From contig JAWQFM010000011.1 of NCBI GenBank assembly GCA_033442325.1, forward strand, positions 1,503,861-1,566,768: 62,908 nucleotides of DNA, written 5' to 3'. Shown here one piece after another: positions 1 to 24,111 of this stretch. The translations under genes and the position numbers were made by a program. The first letter of the stretch is position 1, and each line of letters opens with the position of its first letter. Below the pieces are notes generated by a model. That model did not search any database. It saw nothing but the letters and a program-made list of their open reading frames with translations, and was not told the origin of the DNA. The stretch comes from Salpingoeca rosetta (Eukaryota > Protista > Choanoflagellata).

Positions 1-399
<399 letters not shown>

Positions 400-590
400 A
401 GGAGGGAGGGGGTAAGGGCGATGGCCTACATGCATGATACGTCCTTGTTGGAGGCTGCACTGCGTTTGGTATTCATGCGCGCTTCAAGATTTGTTGTGAA
501 CACGTCCTTTGTGCCCGGTGTCATTGCATCAACGACACATCTTTTAACACTCGTTTGTGTGTGGTTGTGGCGTGCTTTTGTTCATGTCAG

Positions 591-1415
591 TTGAAGGAGT
601 TGATTGCGGCAGAGACTGATATTCCTGCGGATGAGCAGCGCATTGTGTACTCCGGCAAGATTCTCAAAGACACAGACGAACTGCGGGCACGAGGTGGGCT
701 GGCTGTATGTGTGTGTGTGTGTACGTGTGCGTGTGTGTACGTGTGCGTGTACGTGTGCGTGTGCGCGCGCGTGTGTGTGTGTACGTGTGTGTGTGTCCTG
801 GGAATGCAGTTGCGCTGCAAGCGACGCAAGTGCTGTGCAACACGCCGTCATGAACTCATTCGCCATGCCGTTGTCTGTGTTTTGGTGCAGGCTTTCGGAC
901 CGGTCACACCTTGCACGTTGTTCGGGTACGCTGGCAAGCTGGGGTTTGCAACTTGAAGCTTGTGGGTGGCAGGTTGTGTGTGTGTGCGTGTGTGTGTGCG
1001 TGTGTGTGGATGCGTGTGTTGTGTGCATGGGCATGTGTGTGTGTGTGTGTGTGTTGTATGAGCGGGTGTCTTGGTTGTTGCGTTTGTGCATGGCTCACCT
1101 TGACGATGTTTTCCTCCACGCGCACTGCTACAGAAACACACTGCGCAGCAGCGCCAACCGCCACAACAGCAACAGCCATCGTCATCGTCATCGTCGCAGC
1201 CACAGATGCCGTCCCCCTTTGGTGGGGGACTGCCTGGGATGCCTCCCTTTGGTGGCGGCATGCCCTCCAGCATGTTTGGCGGCTTTCCTCAGCCCGGGCA
1301 GCAGGGCAGCAGCCGNNNNNNNNNNNNNNNNNNNNNNNNNNNNNNNNNNNNNNNNNNNNNNNNNNNNNNNNNNNNNNNNNNNNNNNNNNNNNNNNNNNNN
1401 NNNNNNNNNNNNNNN

Positions 1416-1495
<80 letters not shown>

Positions 1496-2275
1496 CTGCG
1501 AAAAACCACTCTCCAATGTGTGCCAAATGTTCATCCGATCAAACCTTACCCTCCACAAACCAACCCACGCACGCAAATGTGTGTGTTTTCTTTGTGTGCG
1601 TAATCACCGCCATCATCATCACCATCATCATCACAATCATCATCACCATCACCATGACCATCATCATCACCATCATCACCATCATCATCACCAGGGCGGG
1701 GACTTTATGGCGCAGATGATGGAGTCACCGATGATGCAGCAGATGGTTGACCAGATGATGTCCAACCCGGAGATGATGGAGGGCATTGTGCGCGCCGACC
1801 CGCGCCTGCGCACCCTCCTCGACCAGAACCCGGAGCTCAGACAGGCCATGCGCGACCCACAGATCATGCGCCAGAGGTGCGACACGTGTGTGTGTGTGTG
1901 TGTGTCGTGTGTCGTGTGTGCGTGTCGTGTGTGTGTATGTGTGTGAGTGTGTTGTGTGTGTGTATGTGTGTGAGTGTGTTGTGTGTGTGTATCGTGTGTC
2001 GGGCGGTCACGTGCTTGCTCGGTCCTGCTGAGCTCCACAAATTCATCACCCCATCCCCTCACGCCTTCGCCTCCCACACACACACACACACCCTCCCGCA
2101 CCACCAACGGCAGCCTTGCGATGGCGCGCAACCCGCGTCTTCGGGAGGAGTTTCTTCGGCAGCAGGACCGCGCCATCTCCAACCTGGAGGCCATGCCCGG
2201 CGGTTTCAACCACCTCCGCCGCATCACACGAGGTATTCCGGTTTTTTTTTTTTGTTTGGGGGGGGGGAGGGGTTG

Positions 2276-2312
<37 letters not shown>

Positions 2313-3587
2313 TGTCTTTCTTTTCTCCCTTCTCCCATCTTCCTCTTTCTCAGCTTGCTCAATCTCTCACTCATCCACTCGCATACTCGCATACTCTCAC
2401 ACTCGCACACTCACACACTCTCTCACTCGCCAACTTGCTCACTCACACTGTCAACCCCAACGCTATCACCCCACCCCATTCACAGACGTGATTCACCCGA
2501 TGGAGGATGCCATGCGTGCGCGGGGCCGTGGTGGCGGCGATGACAATGGTGGCGATGATGAGGATGATGAGCCAAATGCGTTTGATGCGCTGTTTGCGGA
2601 CGACGACGCTAGCAGCCGCGCCCGTCCAAACGAGGAGGCTCTGCCAAACCCATGGTCCTCCGCTCCACAGGCAAACCAGCAGCAACAACAGCAACAGCAG
2701 CAGCAGGCGCCACCGTATGTCTGAGATGATGCACTCGTTGTGTGCGTGGTTGTGAGTGGTTGTGTGTGTGAAGATATCGTGTGGTTCTGGGGCATGCGAC
2801 ACGAGCGCTGCGGCTCGTGTGTGTGTGGGTGTGGGTGTGTCTGGATCTAACGCATACGTGCACGCCACTCGTGATGTCTGCGGTGTCAGGAACCCCTTTG
2901 CAGGGCTGTTTGGTTCGCCGTTTGGGCCAAGCACGGGCGCTGCCAATGGCACGTCATCCCCGTCGTCAGCACAGCAACAACAACAACAACAACAACAGGT
3001 CAGGGATGCGGGCGTGCCTTGGTTGTGGCCGTTAGCCGTGCTTTGGTTGTTGTTTTGCCATTCCATGCCCGTCGCCTCGCGTCTGTCTGCCTGTCTGTAG
3101 CATGTCCGCATATCTACACACACACACAAACACTCTCTCTCTCTCACGCGCACTCGCACGCACGCTCACACACACACACACACACACACACTCTCTCTCT
3201 CACTCTCTCACGCGCACTCGCACGCTTGCACACCCCGCACGACGCAGGGCGGGTTCCCGTTTGGCGGGTTTATGCCACCATCAATGATGACGGGGCAGTG
3301 GGGGTGGCCGTCACAGCAACAGCAACAGCAACAGAGCACGAGCACGACAGCACCAACAGGGTCGACACAGCCAGCAACGACTGGTGCCACGACACCCTCG
3401 GCACCGACGCCAGGTGCACCTGGGCAGGCGCCTTCCTCGCGGTACTCGAGCGAGTTGCAGCAGCTGCAGGACATGGGCTTTACCGACGAGGCAGCGAACA
3501 TTGCAGGTGCGATGCATGTGTCATGTGATTGTGTGATTGATGTGTGTGATTGATGTGTATGGTTGATGTGTGTGATGCTTGTCCATC

Positions 3588-3652
<65 letters not shown>

Positions 3653-3787
3653 GTTGTGCTCATGTTCATCATCCACTCATGTCATCCACTCACTCATGTC
3701 ACCGTCTGTCATCTCCCTGGATCACCAGCGCTGCAAGCGACCAACGGCAATGTACATTTGGCGGTGCAGCGGCTGCTGGGCCAGTGA
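591..3787 (+). CDS. UBQLN: Ubiquilin/Dsk2-family UBL-STI1-UBA proteasome shuttle (multi-exon; first exon outside window; N gap at 1316-1415)
   Basis: Approximate exons are 591-693, 891-925, 1134-gap, 1695-1877, 2114-2232, 2487-2715, 2890-2998, 3248-3506 and 3729-3787. They give a UBL (LKELIAAETDIPADEQRIVYSGKILKD..GHTLHVV), Met-rich STI1 repeats (MMSNPEMM..NPELRQAMRDP..MARNP..QDRAISNLEAMPGGFNHLRR), NEEALPNPW, and a UBA ([39 protein letters not shown]). Confidence 0.93.
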
Positions 3788-3799
3788 TGTGCCGCGTGA

Positions 3800-5360
3800 G
3801 GCGTGAGGTGGTGGAGGTGGAGGTGAGGCTGCGATTGGTCGAGCCGACCCTGCTCATGCACAACATGGTCGTCGATAAATGAAATGAGACAGCTCTCAAC
3901 GCGATGATGATAACCATCCTGTAGTAGTCGTGGTGATAGGGCGGCGGCGGTGGTGGTCACTGGTGGCGGTGGTGGTGGTGGCGGTGGTCACTGGGGCGTT
4001 GTTGCACTGCAGACAGACAAACACACAAACAGACACACACAGACACAGACACACACACACACACACACAAACACACAAACAGACACACAGACACAGACAC
4101 AGACACAGACACACGCAAACACACACACACACACACAGACAGATACACACTCGCGCACCATCGAGTCCTTGCGCAAGCTTGCATAATCCACAAAGCTTCA
4201 CTGTCAACGAGCGCTTTTTTGAAACGAGCCACTGGTTCGATGTCCCTGTCTCGCGACACTTCCTCGCAACCGCCAACCAACACATTCGTGCTGCTGCGTA
4301 CGCCAGCCAACGGCCTCGCCACCTCCAACACCTCCATCACACCTCCAACACACCTCCAACAACCAACGGATATCCGCAAGTTAAACCAAACACCAACCAA
4401 ACAGCATTGATGAAAGGCGTGACGATGCGCGTATCGGCAAAACACTCGGGGTGCGAATAACTGTGTCGCGAGGGGTCACGCGGGCGTGCAGACTGCCTGC
4501 CGATCCGTTGCGGTGCAGCTTCGCGCACTGAAAGCAGGAAAGCCGAGGAAGAGGCGCAGGTTGTGGCCGCGACAAGCTAACAAGCTGGCGAGAGAGAGAT
4601 AAAGAACGGGAGGAGGCGTGGTTCTTGTCTTGTTTGTCAGCAGCAGCAGCAGCAGCAACCTCCAACAGCAACCTCCTGCAGCAATCACCAGCAACGACAA
4701 GAACGACAGGCAGATATGCTATGGATGGTGTTGTGTTGTGACAACACCGGTGTTTGCCTGGTGATGCTGACGCGGCTCATCTTTGAATGTTTCGAGTGGG
4801 TTTGTGCATGGCTCACGGGTCAGCAGGCAGCACACGCAAGCAGTTCAAGCCGTCCCATCCTGCTCAGTCAGCCAAACGACAAGGGCAACCGCCGCCGCCG
4901 GCACGCTGGCACGCTGGCACGGGTCACTCGAGACACTGATTCGACCCCTTTTAGGATGTTGGCTGTGTGGTTGCACATCCACAACAAGACAACAGGTCTT
5001 CGCTTGTTTGTGTTGTGCTGTGTGTGTGATGACATGACGGTTGTGGGCTTGTTTCGCTTGTGTGCTGGTTGACCTCCATCATCCTTGTTTGTGTTTCTTC
5101 GATGGTGATGACGTGAGCGGCGTGGGGGAACAACATCCTTCCGCCCCACAACAAGCACTCACTTTGGCGTCAGCAAGTCGTTGGGCCTTTTTTTCTGCTT
5201 TGAACCGCGCGGCAACGCCACCTGTGTGGTGTTCGCCACTGCGAAGAGCGCTTGTTCGCCACCCACCCATCTTTGATCGCCACTGAACAAGAAAGAAGTG
5301 AAGCAAAGACAGCAGCAATACAGTTTATTTTTCGGTGTTGCCGTCGCCATCGCCACCGCA
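3800..5360 (-). other. Possible spliced transcript with no long ORF (lncRNA or sORF); boundaries approximate
   Basis: There are three intron-like segments on the minus strand with GT..AG ends: about 5162-4963 (gtgagt..cacag), 4816-4719 (gtgagc..catag) and 4150-3919 (gtgtgt + TG repeat..CAC repeat + ctacag). No recognisable protein results. Confidence 0.3.
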
Positions 5361-7708
5361 TGGCATTGTTCGGTACCCCGAAATAGCTCCTTCAGAAAAC
5401 ACCGAACGTCACGATTTGTCGCGAGGCACAGGTATTTCGTGTCGTATGCCCCGGTGGCATACCTAATTTTTCAGGACCGCACCCGAAACCCTAGCCACAA
5501 CCCGCGCCCAACAAACCAGAAAAGTTGCGGCATTCGCTCCCCAAACCACATCACATTCGTCACACAAAACTTGTCGTCAACTGACATGACTTGTTGCTGT
5601 GGGACAGACTGGAAGCATGTTCACAAACGCCACACACATGGAGTTCACACACCCTTCGCGACCCTCTTCGGCCGCTCCTCCCTCCGCTCGTTTTTCTGTG
5701 CCTTGCTGGCGCTTTCTCACACCGCTCCCACTTGCCTGCGCCGCACGCGCACGCCAGCACGCTTGTTCACGCGCTTCGGCCGTCAGCTTTTGTGCGAAAC
5801 GATTGCATGCATTTTGAAAGTGGCGAACGCTGACACTTGCCGGCTTTGAACCGGCATCATCAACTGCGCGTGAGTACCGTTCGTCCGCCCTGACGCAACG
5901 CGCGGGTCTTTCTGCACTTTCCACCCAACCCGTTTTTCAAATCCCCCCAAACCAGACTTTTGCCTTTTTGCACGCCGCGAGCACGCATCCTTCTCCCATT
6001 ACACGCACGCACGCACGCACGCACGCACAACAAAACAACAACAACAACAACAACCACCACACAACAACCACCACCCAAAACAAGCCCCAAGCGCAACGAA
6101 ACCTAAGCACACTTTCTACCCGACCACCGCCGCAGCAAAGCTGCCCTTCTTCTTCCCCCACCACATATCGCGCATATCGGCTCAGCCGCTGCTCATTGAT
6201 TGCTTCTGCCGTGTTTACGCAGCGATACCTTCCGCCCCCCATCCTCCTTCCTCCTCGCACACTCCTGTCGCCACCCGCGGTGGTTTTTGTTCGAGCACTG
6301 GCGGTTGCAACGCTGTGTCGCGGTGTGTGTTCATTTTCTCCACCCCACTCCACCAGCAGTCAACTTGTTTTTCAAACAACCAACCAACCCTTACACACCC
6401 AAGACAGCGCGCGAGCGCTTCGAGCCACACACCCACATTCCTCGCATTCCCTCAACGCTTCCCCCTCTTCTTCTTTTTTTGGCGCGCCGTCAAACACATC
6501 AGGTAGGCAACCATTGTTCGCGCAACTTGGCCGTGACTTGTTTGTTTATCATTCTGGTTGTCATTCTGGTTGCGCCACTCCTTCCCCTTTCCCCTCCAAC
6601 CAGCTCCACGTTGTCACATCACACACCAACACGCAAACAAGCCGCAACAAAAAAACTGAGCCGGCAGCGCAACGATCGCCAGCCAGCCATCATTGCTGCG
6701 CCATTTCACACACATGCACCCACACTTGCACGCCCATCCACCTTCACGTACACTCACCTGCACGCGACGCACAATACAACGGTGTCGGTGCCTTTTTTTG
6801 TTGCATCCACTCACCCTCCCCCTTGCTGTTCCTCAACACCACACCCTCCCGTGTTTGGATTCGAAAAGCAAACAGCAGCCACAGCAGCAACAGCAGCAGC
6901 TTCATTTTCCCCCACTTCTTGCTGTGATTACATCTTCGATACCAGCCAGTCACTGCACAGCGACTACAGCTGTCAGCCATCCATCCTCCAGCCATCGACA
7001 CTCGCCGATTGACTTCGAAAGGTGAGCGATGAAGCAAGTGTTTAAAACCCACAAGAATCCCACCCCACCGCCTCCCAGGCTGATGCACTCTGTGTGTTGA
7101 TTGTGTGTTGACGTGTTTATTTGAAACCTCCCTTTCAGTTCTGGTGCCTTCCCGCGTGCGTGCTGTTTTCTTGTGGGCGTGTTTGGGTGGCTGGGTTCGG
7201 CCTCGCACCCCAACGCACTCCTCAGCCTCGCACCCCACCCTTCCCCTCAGCATCGCTCCACAGCATCGCTCAGCTTTTGTTTGCTTGGAGCTGGGTGGGG
7301 AAAGGGTTCCTTCTTGCGTTTTTCCCCATGTGCGCTCGCGTCTCGCGTGTCGCTGTCATTTTCCAACACTCCCCCAAAGTGTTTGTGTCTCTGCTGTTGA
7401 CCCCATTCCCTCGCTTCTCTACCTTGCCCCGTAGGCTTGGTACTTTCTTGTCGACTGAGCTCACACAACACAGCACCACAACCACTCTTGCCTCCTCCCT
7501 CTTTCTCTCTTCTCTTGTCCTCGTGTCGCTGTCCACGTCCGCCATCACCACCACACCACTAACACCACCACCACCACCACAATCTCTTTCTCCTCCTCTC
7601 TGTCTGTGTCAGAAGGATACCCACTTGAGTGGCCCATCGCAAAAAGCGTTGCATGCACGCACGCGCACCCACGCAGACACAGCCTCTCAGCGAAACCCTC
7701 AATCAAGT

Positions 7709-9338
7709 GATGCTGCCTTCCTCCAACCGCAAGCGCATCTCAAGTCCAACCCCCTTTGCTTCCCCAGCCAAGGATCACACAACCAGCAAAATGGACCCGG
7801 CATCGCTGCTCCCGTGCCCATCCCCGCCGGCCAAGCGCATGCTGCGCCTGCACCACGACGACCGTGTCACGGACGACGATGAGTACGTCCGCCCCGCCCC
7901 TCGCGCCCACGCCCGCGCCAGCCCCGCGGCTCGCCCCATGTGGCGCCCAGCACGCAGCGCCTCCACAGCGACCGGCCTCGCCGCAGACTGCGACTGCGCA
8001 GCCGGCACCACGTCCCTTGGCCCTCGCCACGACGTGTCTGCCCCCGCGTCTGCCTGCCTGCCGGCTTCTCGCGGCCGTGCCTCCAGCTTTGACAACGGCT
8101 CCAGCCACGCCAGCACATACCAGCCCCGCTCCCCATTCTTCTGCGCCAGCGCTGCCACGACCAGCACCAGCAGCAGCAGCAGCAGCCTCGACGTGCCCCA
8201 CTTCCCCTTTCCCTCCCCTCCACCGACAACAAGCCATTCAGGCGCCGCCCCTTGCACCACCACCAGTGCTACAAGCAGCACTGGCCCGACGCTCTCCGTG
8301 TCCTCGACGGCGTGCAAGTCGCCAAGCCCGCGCCGTGTGAGTCGTGGCCTCTCCTTCTCCTCCCCTCACCGCGCCCACACCGCGACGCCCATCACCACCC
8401 CGCTCGCCAGCATGACCTCTGCCAGCTCCCTCGACCTTGGCGCCGTCGCCTCGGCATCCTCGTCCATGGACATGCGCTGCGACGACGACGACGACGAAGA
8501 TGACGAGGAGGAGGGCCGTGGCAGTGACGCCGAGGCCACCGCCATGGACACGGTCGTCGCCGCCCACGGGCATGCATGCATGCACGCCCAACAGCACAGC
8601 AGCCACCACCACCACCACCACCACCAGCAGCCGCACCGCCACGTCTCCACGGGCAGCAGCCGAAGCAGCTGGCAGCCGGAGGACCCGTTCAGCTCTGCCA
8701 GCAGCACGCGCCGCAACAGCCTCACCTCGCCCAACATGCTGTCCGGCGCGCGCCAGGCCACGCTGGATCTGCCACAGCGCACAGCCACAGCCAGCGCGCC
8801 AACCACGCCCCCTCGCCCGCTGCTCCTGCATCGCCGCACCTCCTCCACAGCCAGCCCCACGGCCCAAGCCGGCGCACACCAGGGCCAGCAAGCCTCCCCG
8901 TCTGCCCACGGCAAGCCCACGCTGTCGCGGCCCAAGCCCCGCTTCAACCTGCCCACGTCCCCATCGATGCCCTCGTCGCCCTCGCTGTCGCCGCGCCACC
9001 ACGCGCGCCTCATGCTGCCGACATCGCCGTCGTCGTGCCCAACAACGCCGGAGCCAAAGAGCCGCCGCTTCTCCCTGCTGGAGCGCAGGCGGGAGCGCGC
9101 CATGAGCTGGACGGAGAACGGGCGCCGGCCGTGCATGAGCCCAGACCTCATGCGCACGGGCAGCCTGCAGCTCAACGTCCCTGTCAGCGACATCAACGCC
9201 GTGCACAACGACGAGGACACGCGCGTGGACAACATGCGCGGTGACCGCGTGGATGCCCTCTTTGATGCCGCGCTTGCGGTTGGCGAGGAGGAGGCCGCCA
9301 AGCAGCTCGACGCCTCGTTCTCAAAGGACGACGCATAG
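7709..9338 (+). CDS. Intronless Ser/Pro/Thr-rich, probably disordered protein of unknown function (~540 aa)
   Basis: Long GC3-rich ORF free of dinucleotide microsatellites, starting MLPSSNRKRISSPTP. It has acidic and His tracts and many SP/TP and RRxS motifs. No domain recognised. Confidence 0.75.
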
Positions 9339-11153
9339 GGCGCCATTGCCCCGAGCTTGCTCTTGGCCCCTCCCCCCCCCTAATCTCTTGCTCGCGTGTG
9401 TACAGTATATACTCTTTGTATGTATGTGGAGCTGTGTTATGTATGCGAACCACGCACCGCATTTGTCCATCGTTTTGTCATTCTCCCCTGTGCGCTCCTC
9501 CCTCTTGTGTGCTTGCATGCACGCACGACTTGCAGCAGTTACCTGCGGCGCCGTTCACTCGTTCACATCGCCATCCTCTTTGTGTCCCTTGCTTTTCGTT
9601 TTCGTGGTGTCTTGATGTTGGTTATTCTGTGTTGTGTGTCATCACATCATCATTAGCACCACGTTGATGGCGATGCCATGCTGATGCTTGTCATGAGGCG
9701 CTCCTTTGCTCTTGCACGTGCTCTGCAGCACACCACTCTCCTCGCTCTCGCTTTCTTTATCTCCCTTATCTTCATTGTGTCCCCTCGAGCGCTATCGTTT
9801 GTGCGTGGACACACTTTGTCTTGCTCTGTCTTGCTCTCTATCTAGCGACCCACATGCCACATGGATGAGTGTACACATGTCCTCATGTATTTGTGTTTCT
9901 GGGATGTGTTGATGTGCGTGTCTTGGTCGCATCTGTCATCCCAGCTGCCTTCTTGCACCTTCCTGCGTTGCTGTCACCAGTCACCTGCCACTTGTCTCTC
10001 GCACACTCGCCACCTTTATCTTCTTCTTCTTTTTCTTTGGCGCTGTGCGCCACTATTGTGTGTGCTCTCCCTCCTTCGCCTCTCTCAACTCGGATCACCA
10101 GAAAGATTTATTTCTCCGCCGGCGTACATACGAAGACAGTAAACAAGCACTCATGTCATGTGTCACAATGTCAGCTCAGACAAGCGAGAGGAGGGCATGA
10201 CCGCAGCAGAGCAGCCACAACCATGATGATGATGATGATGATGAATTGGTGATGATGATGGTGATGATGGTGATGAAGCAGACCACAGCACAACAAGGCG
10301 AGCAATGTGCTTGTTCTTCTGTGTTAGCGACTCTCAAACTCAGACTCAGGAGCCGTTAGCTTTTGTTGCGACGTGCTGTTCGAGCATGTTCGATGCCACG
10401 CGTCTCCCTCCTGTCGTGCGATGACGCTCATGACGCACCCACGTGAATCCACTGACGCACATGTCCACGACCACGACCACTGGGTCAGTGCACGCACGGC
10501 TTTTCCCTCTGCAGCTCTGCGTGCTGCACTCTGCATGCGGTCATGACAACTCGCAACATGCACGCGTGTAGTTCGCACGCAAACGAAAAATGCAGAACCG
10601 TTCACAACAGCAAAAAAGAAAAAAATGCGGCCGTGGCAGCCAACACGACAAAAAGTAGCGCTGACAAGAACAACAACAACAACAACCACGCTGCTCAGTT
10701 CAGCCAGCCAACCAACCCTGCTTGCTTTGGCTGTCCTGTGTTGTGTTGTGCTTGCTCGTTGATGTTGAGCATTGCTGTGTATGGGTGCGACACGCTCACG
10801 CCACAGAGTATCAGCAGCCAACCAAGCCCCAAGCGCCCCCCAAAACAGAGCAAAGGCGTCAGCTGACCAGCAGCGATCAGCAGCACACCAAGCAACTTCC
10901 TCAAACAATAACGATGACGATGAGCTTAAGGAGAACCACTCTCCACAGTGCTCAGCACAGCCAAGACACAACAACACCTCACCAGCACAGGAGAAGAGGA
11001 ACAGGGACAACAAGGAGAGCCAGTGGAACAGACAAACCAAGGGGAACAGAGAGAGCAAGGGGAACAGAGAGAGCAAGGGGAACAGAGAGAGCAAGTGGAA
11101 CAAGGAGAAGAGTATTGTCACTCTCAACGATAACCATGACAACAACACCAAAT

Positions 11154-14314
<3,161 letters not shown>

Positions 14315-14408
14315 ACGTCGCCATGCGCTGTGCTGTGCTCTGTGCTGTGTGTGCGTGTGTGTGCGTGTGTGTGCGTGTGTGTGTGTGTGCGTGCGTGTGT
14401 GTGTGTGC

Positions 14409-14487
<79 letters not shown>

Positions 14488-14564
14488 GGTCGGTCGGTTG
14501 AGTGCTTGCTGCACCTTCGGGTGTGGATTCGGAAAGTTATCAATTATACAAACGAAATTCGGAC

Positions 14565-16230
<1,666 letters not shown>

Positions 16231-16778
16231 AGAGAGGGTGTGTGTGTGCGTGTGCGTGTGTGTATGTGTGTGTCTGTGCGCGTGAGTGCGTGAGTGTGAG
16301 TATGTGTGTATGTGCGTGCGCGTGTGCACGTGTGTAAATGACCGCAAGAGCCGTGCATGCGGGTAAGCCGCACATGTGACCGGGTGCAAGGCAGGTGTAC
16401 GTTTTGGTGTTGTTGGTGTTGCTGTGATGTCCTTCTTCTGCGCTGTCGTGTACGCGAACGCCAATCAATACACAGGGAATTTGGTACAATAATGTCTGAC
16501 GTGCGAAAGCGCAAAGAGTTAACGTGTGAAGAGGAAAATGACGATGAGGGGAGTGTGCAAAGGAACAAGAGAAGAGTTGAGATGTGGGTGGAGTGGAGGG
16601 GGGGGGGAAACGGACGCACATGGGGGCATGAATGAATGATTGGAAGAATGAACGACCGGTTGGACAGAGGGGAAGCAGGGGAAATGACACGAGCAAACAC
16701 AAACTGAAAGAAAGCTGAGACAAGTTCCATGCAACCAACGGTGAGCAGTGCGAGCTTGCGGTTGGCTTTGCACGCTTC

Positions 16779-21728
<4,950 letters not shown>

Positions 21729-23191
21729 CACAGCTTGTTTGCTTGCTTCACGTGCCACCGTCGTCGCAATTGTTTGTTCTGGACGAGCAAATGAACGTGA
21801 TCACCGGTGAGGCGCAGGAGGGGGGGGGGGAGAGAGAAGAACAAGAAGAGAGGGAAGAAGAGAGGAAGAGAGAGGGGGTCAGGGAGAGAGATGTCAGGGA
21901 GAGAGAGAGAGAGTGTGTGTGTGTGTGATGGAGAGAGAGTGTGTGTGTGATGGAGAGAGATGGAGAGAGATGGAGAGAGTGTGTGTGTGTGACATAGAGA
22001 GGGGAAGACACACACACAGACAGACAGACAGACAGACACACACACACACACACACACAGACACACAGACACACAGACACACAGACACACACAGACACGCA
22101 CACACACACACACAGACACACACACAGACACACACACAGACAGACAGACAGACAGACACACACACACACACACACACACACAACCACCACCACCACCACC
22201 ACCACCACCACCACCGCCAACAACAACCCAAACAAACCTCCGATCGCAGTCACTGAACGCGACACCACAAATCATGCGGACTTTCTTGCGAAATCATGTC
22301 CAATTTCACGTTGGCGGGAACTCCGGTGCCTGATTTTCTCCAACACGCAAACAAGCAACAGCAGCGCCACCTTCTTGTTGCTTTGTGCCACGCGATCAGT
22401 TTCAACCTTTCAACAGCAACTCCCTCCTCATCTCCCTTCTCCCTCCTCTCCGTCTCTCTTCATCCATCTCATCACTCACTCTCTGCAGCTCTGCGTGCTC
22501 GTGTGAGTCCGTTGTTGTGTGTCTTTCCACACAATCGTCGCTTCACCCAGCGACGAGGTGCGCTGCTGTATTTGCTGCGTTGCAGTGAGTGTAACCCTTT
22601 TCTCCGATGATCCTCTCCTCCTTCCTCCTCAATCTTTGACTGTCCTGTCCTCACTAGCACGCTATCCTCTGTATCACCTCTTCGCCACCTTGTTGTTGTT
22701 GCTTCTCACCTCCCTCCACTTGCCCCACTTTGCAGCTGAACCAAGTCTCTAGCTAGCTCGCTCTTCAAGCCATTCCCCACTGTCTGGCACAGGCAGCGGC
22801 TCGTAGCAAGCTTCAACCCGTGCACCTTGTACAAACTGCCGTTCCTGGGCCTGAGTGACGTTGTACACACCTTCTCAAGCGGTAAATTTGTTCATCACAC
22901 AGCAAGCACGGGAAAGAGAGCATACCTTCACGGGCAGTTTGAGAATCTAGAACGCCGTCCTCACCAACTGCGTTCTGTCTAATCCGCTCCCCACAGTTTT
23001 TGTTACCAGGCTCCCTTCGTGCTTCGCCTCGCGCAGGAGGGTTACTTGCCTTCCAAGCCCTTAACTCAAAGTTCTATCGTGGACCAGTCTATCGTCCTCT
23101 CCCAACACAAAACCACGCACGCACACACACACACACACACACACCGTTCAACACACAGCCACGCAAAGCTACGCTTTCTTCTCGTGGGACC

Positions 23192-24070
23192 ATGAACGCA
23201 AAGACAGCAGAGACGTTTGTCTCGCAGCGCAACAAAGAGGACGTGCCAGCGCTGCGCGCGCTCCTGGGCCGCTTCATCCAGCGCTACTTTGATGGATACG
23301 GCAACTACACTGGCAAAATCACCTCCATCGATGCCGACAACGCAACCGCTGCTGTCGTTTACGAGGACGGCGCCACGGAGGAAATCTTCCTCGATCAGAT
23401 CCAGCGCGCCCTTCTCCCGGCCTCGTACCGCCCTGCTCACGCCACGGAGGTGCTGCCGGGCGTTGAGCAGTACGGCTGCACCTGGCCTCCTCCATCCGTC
23501 TCGCACAAACTCATCCTGAACGAGCCCCGACGCAGGAAGCCGTCAAACCTTGCGCTTGAGCGCATGCTCATGGAGGAAGCGCGAAAGTTTGAACGGGAGG
23601 CGCGAAAACAGGAGAGAGCCGCCAACGCAGCCAAGAAGACAAAATCAGCTGCTGCCGCAACCAGCACCAAGAAAGCTTCGCGCGTCACAAAGAAGAAAAA
23701 GCCCGCCAAAACACAGCCCGCGTCATCCTCGCCCGCAACAAAGGCCACAACAAAGGCAAAGAAGACAAAGGTCAGCTCAGCTGCTGCTGCAAGGAGGAAC
23801 TGCAAGGTTGCCACGAGCCCCACTGCCCGCGTAGCCCCAAGAGCCACCAGAGCTCCAACACCTTCTTCTTCAGCCACTCAGAACACAACGTCAAGATCAA
23901 CGCTCCGAGCAGCGTCCTCCGAAAGTTCAACTCCAACGAAGCGAGGAAGCGTCGGCAAGGCAACGCGTACGCGGACCACAGCACGCACAACCCCCGCTAA
24001 GAAGGCTTCGGCGGACCTCAGTTCTCCCTCGGCTCCAAGGACACGCACATCACTTCGTTCTTCTCGACGA

Positions 24071-24111
<41 letters not shown>

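Noticed and set aside
4405-4532. Possible box C/D snoRNA (tgatga ... ctga)
   Set aside because: No convincing terminal stem or recognisable rRNA guide, and the motifs are short enough to occur by chance.
5838-5910. tRNA-like T-arm / B-box on the minus strand (gccgg ttcaaag ccggc)
   Set aside because: No pairing acceptor stem, D-arm or anticodon arm can be built.
7740-9346. Long antisense ORFs overlapping the Ser/Pro-rich gene (and similar ones over 23400-25400 and 48500-49500)
   Set aside because: These are the expected shadow ORFs of GC-rich coding sequence, with no motifs.
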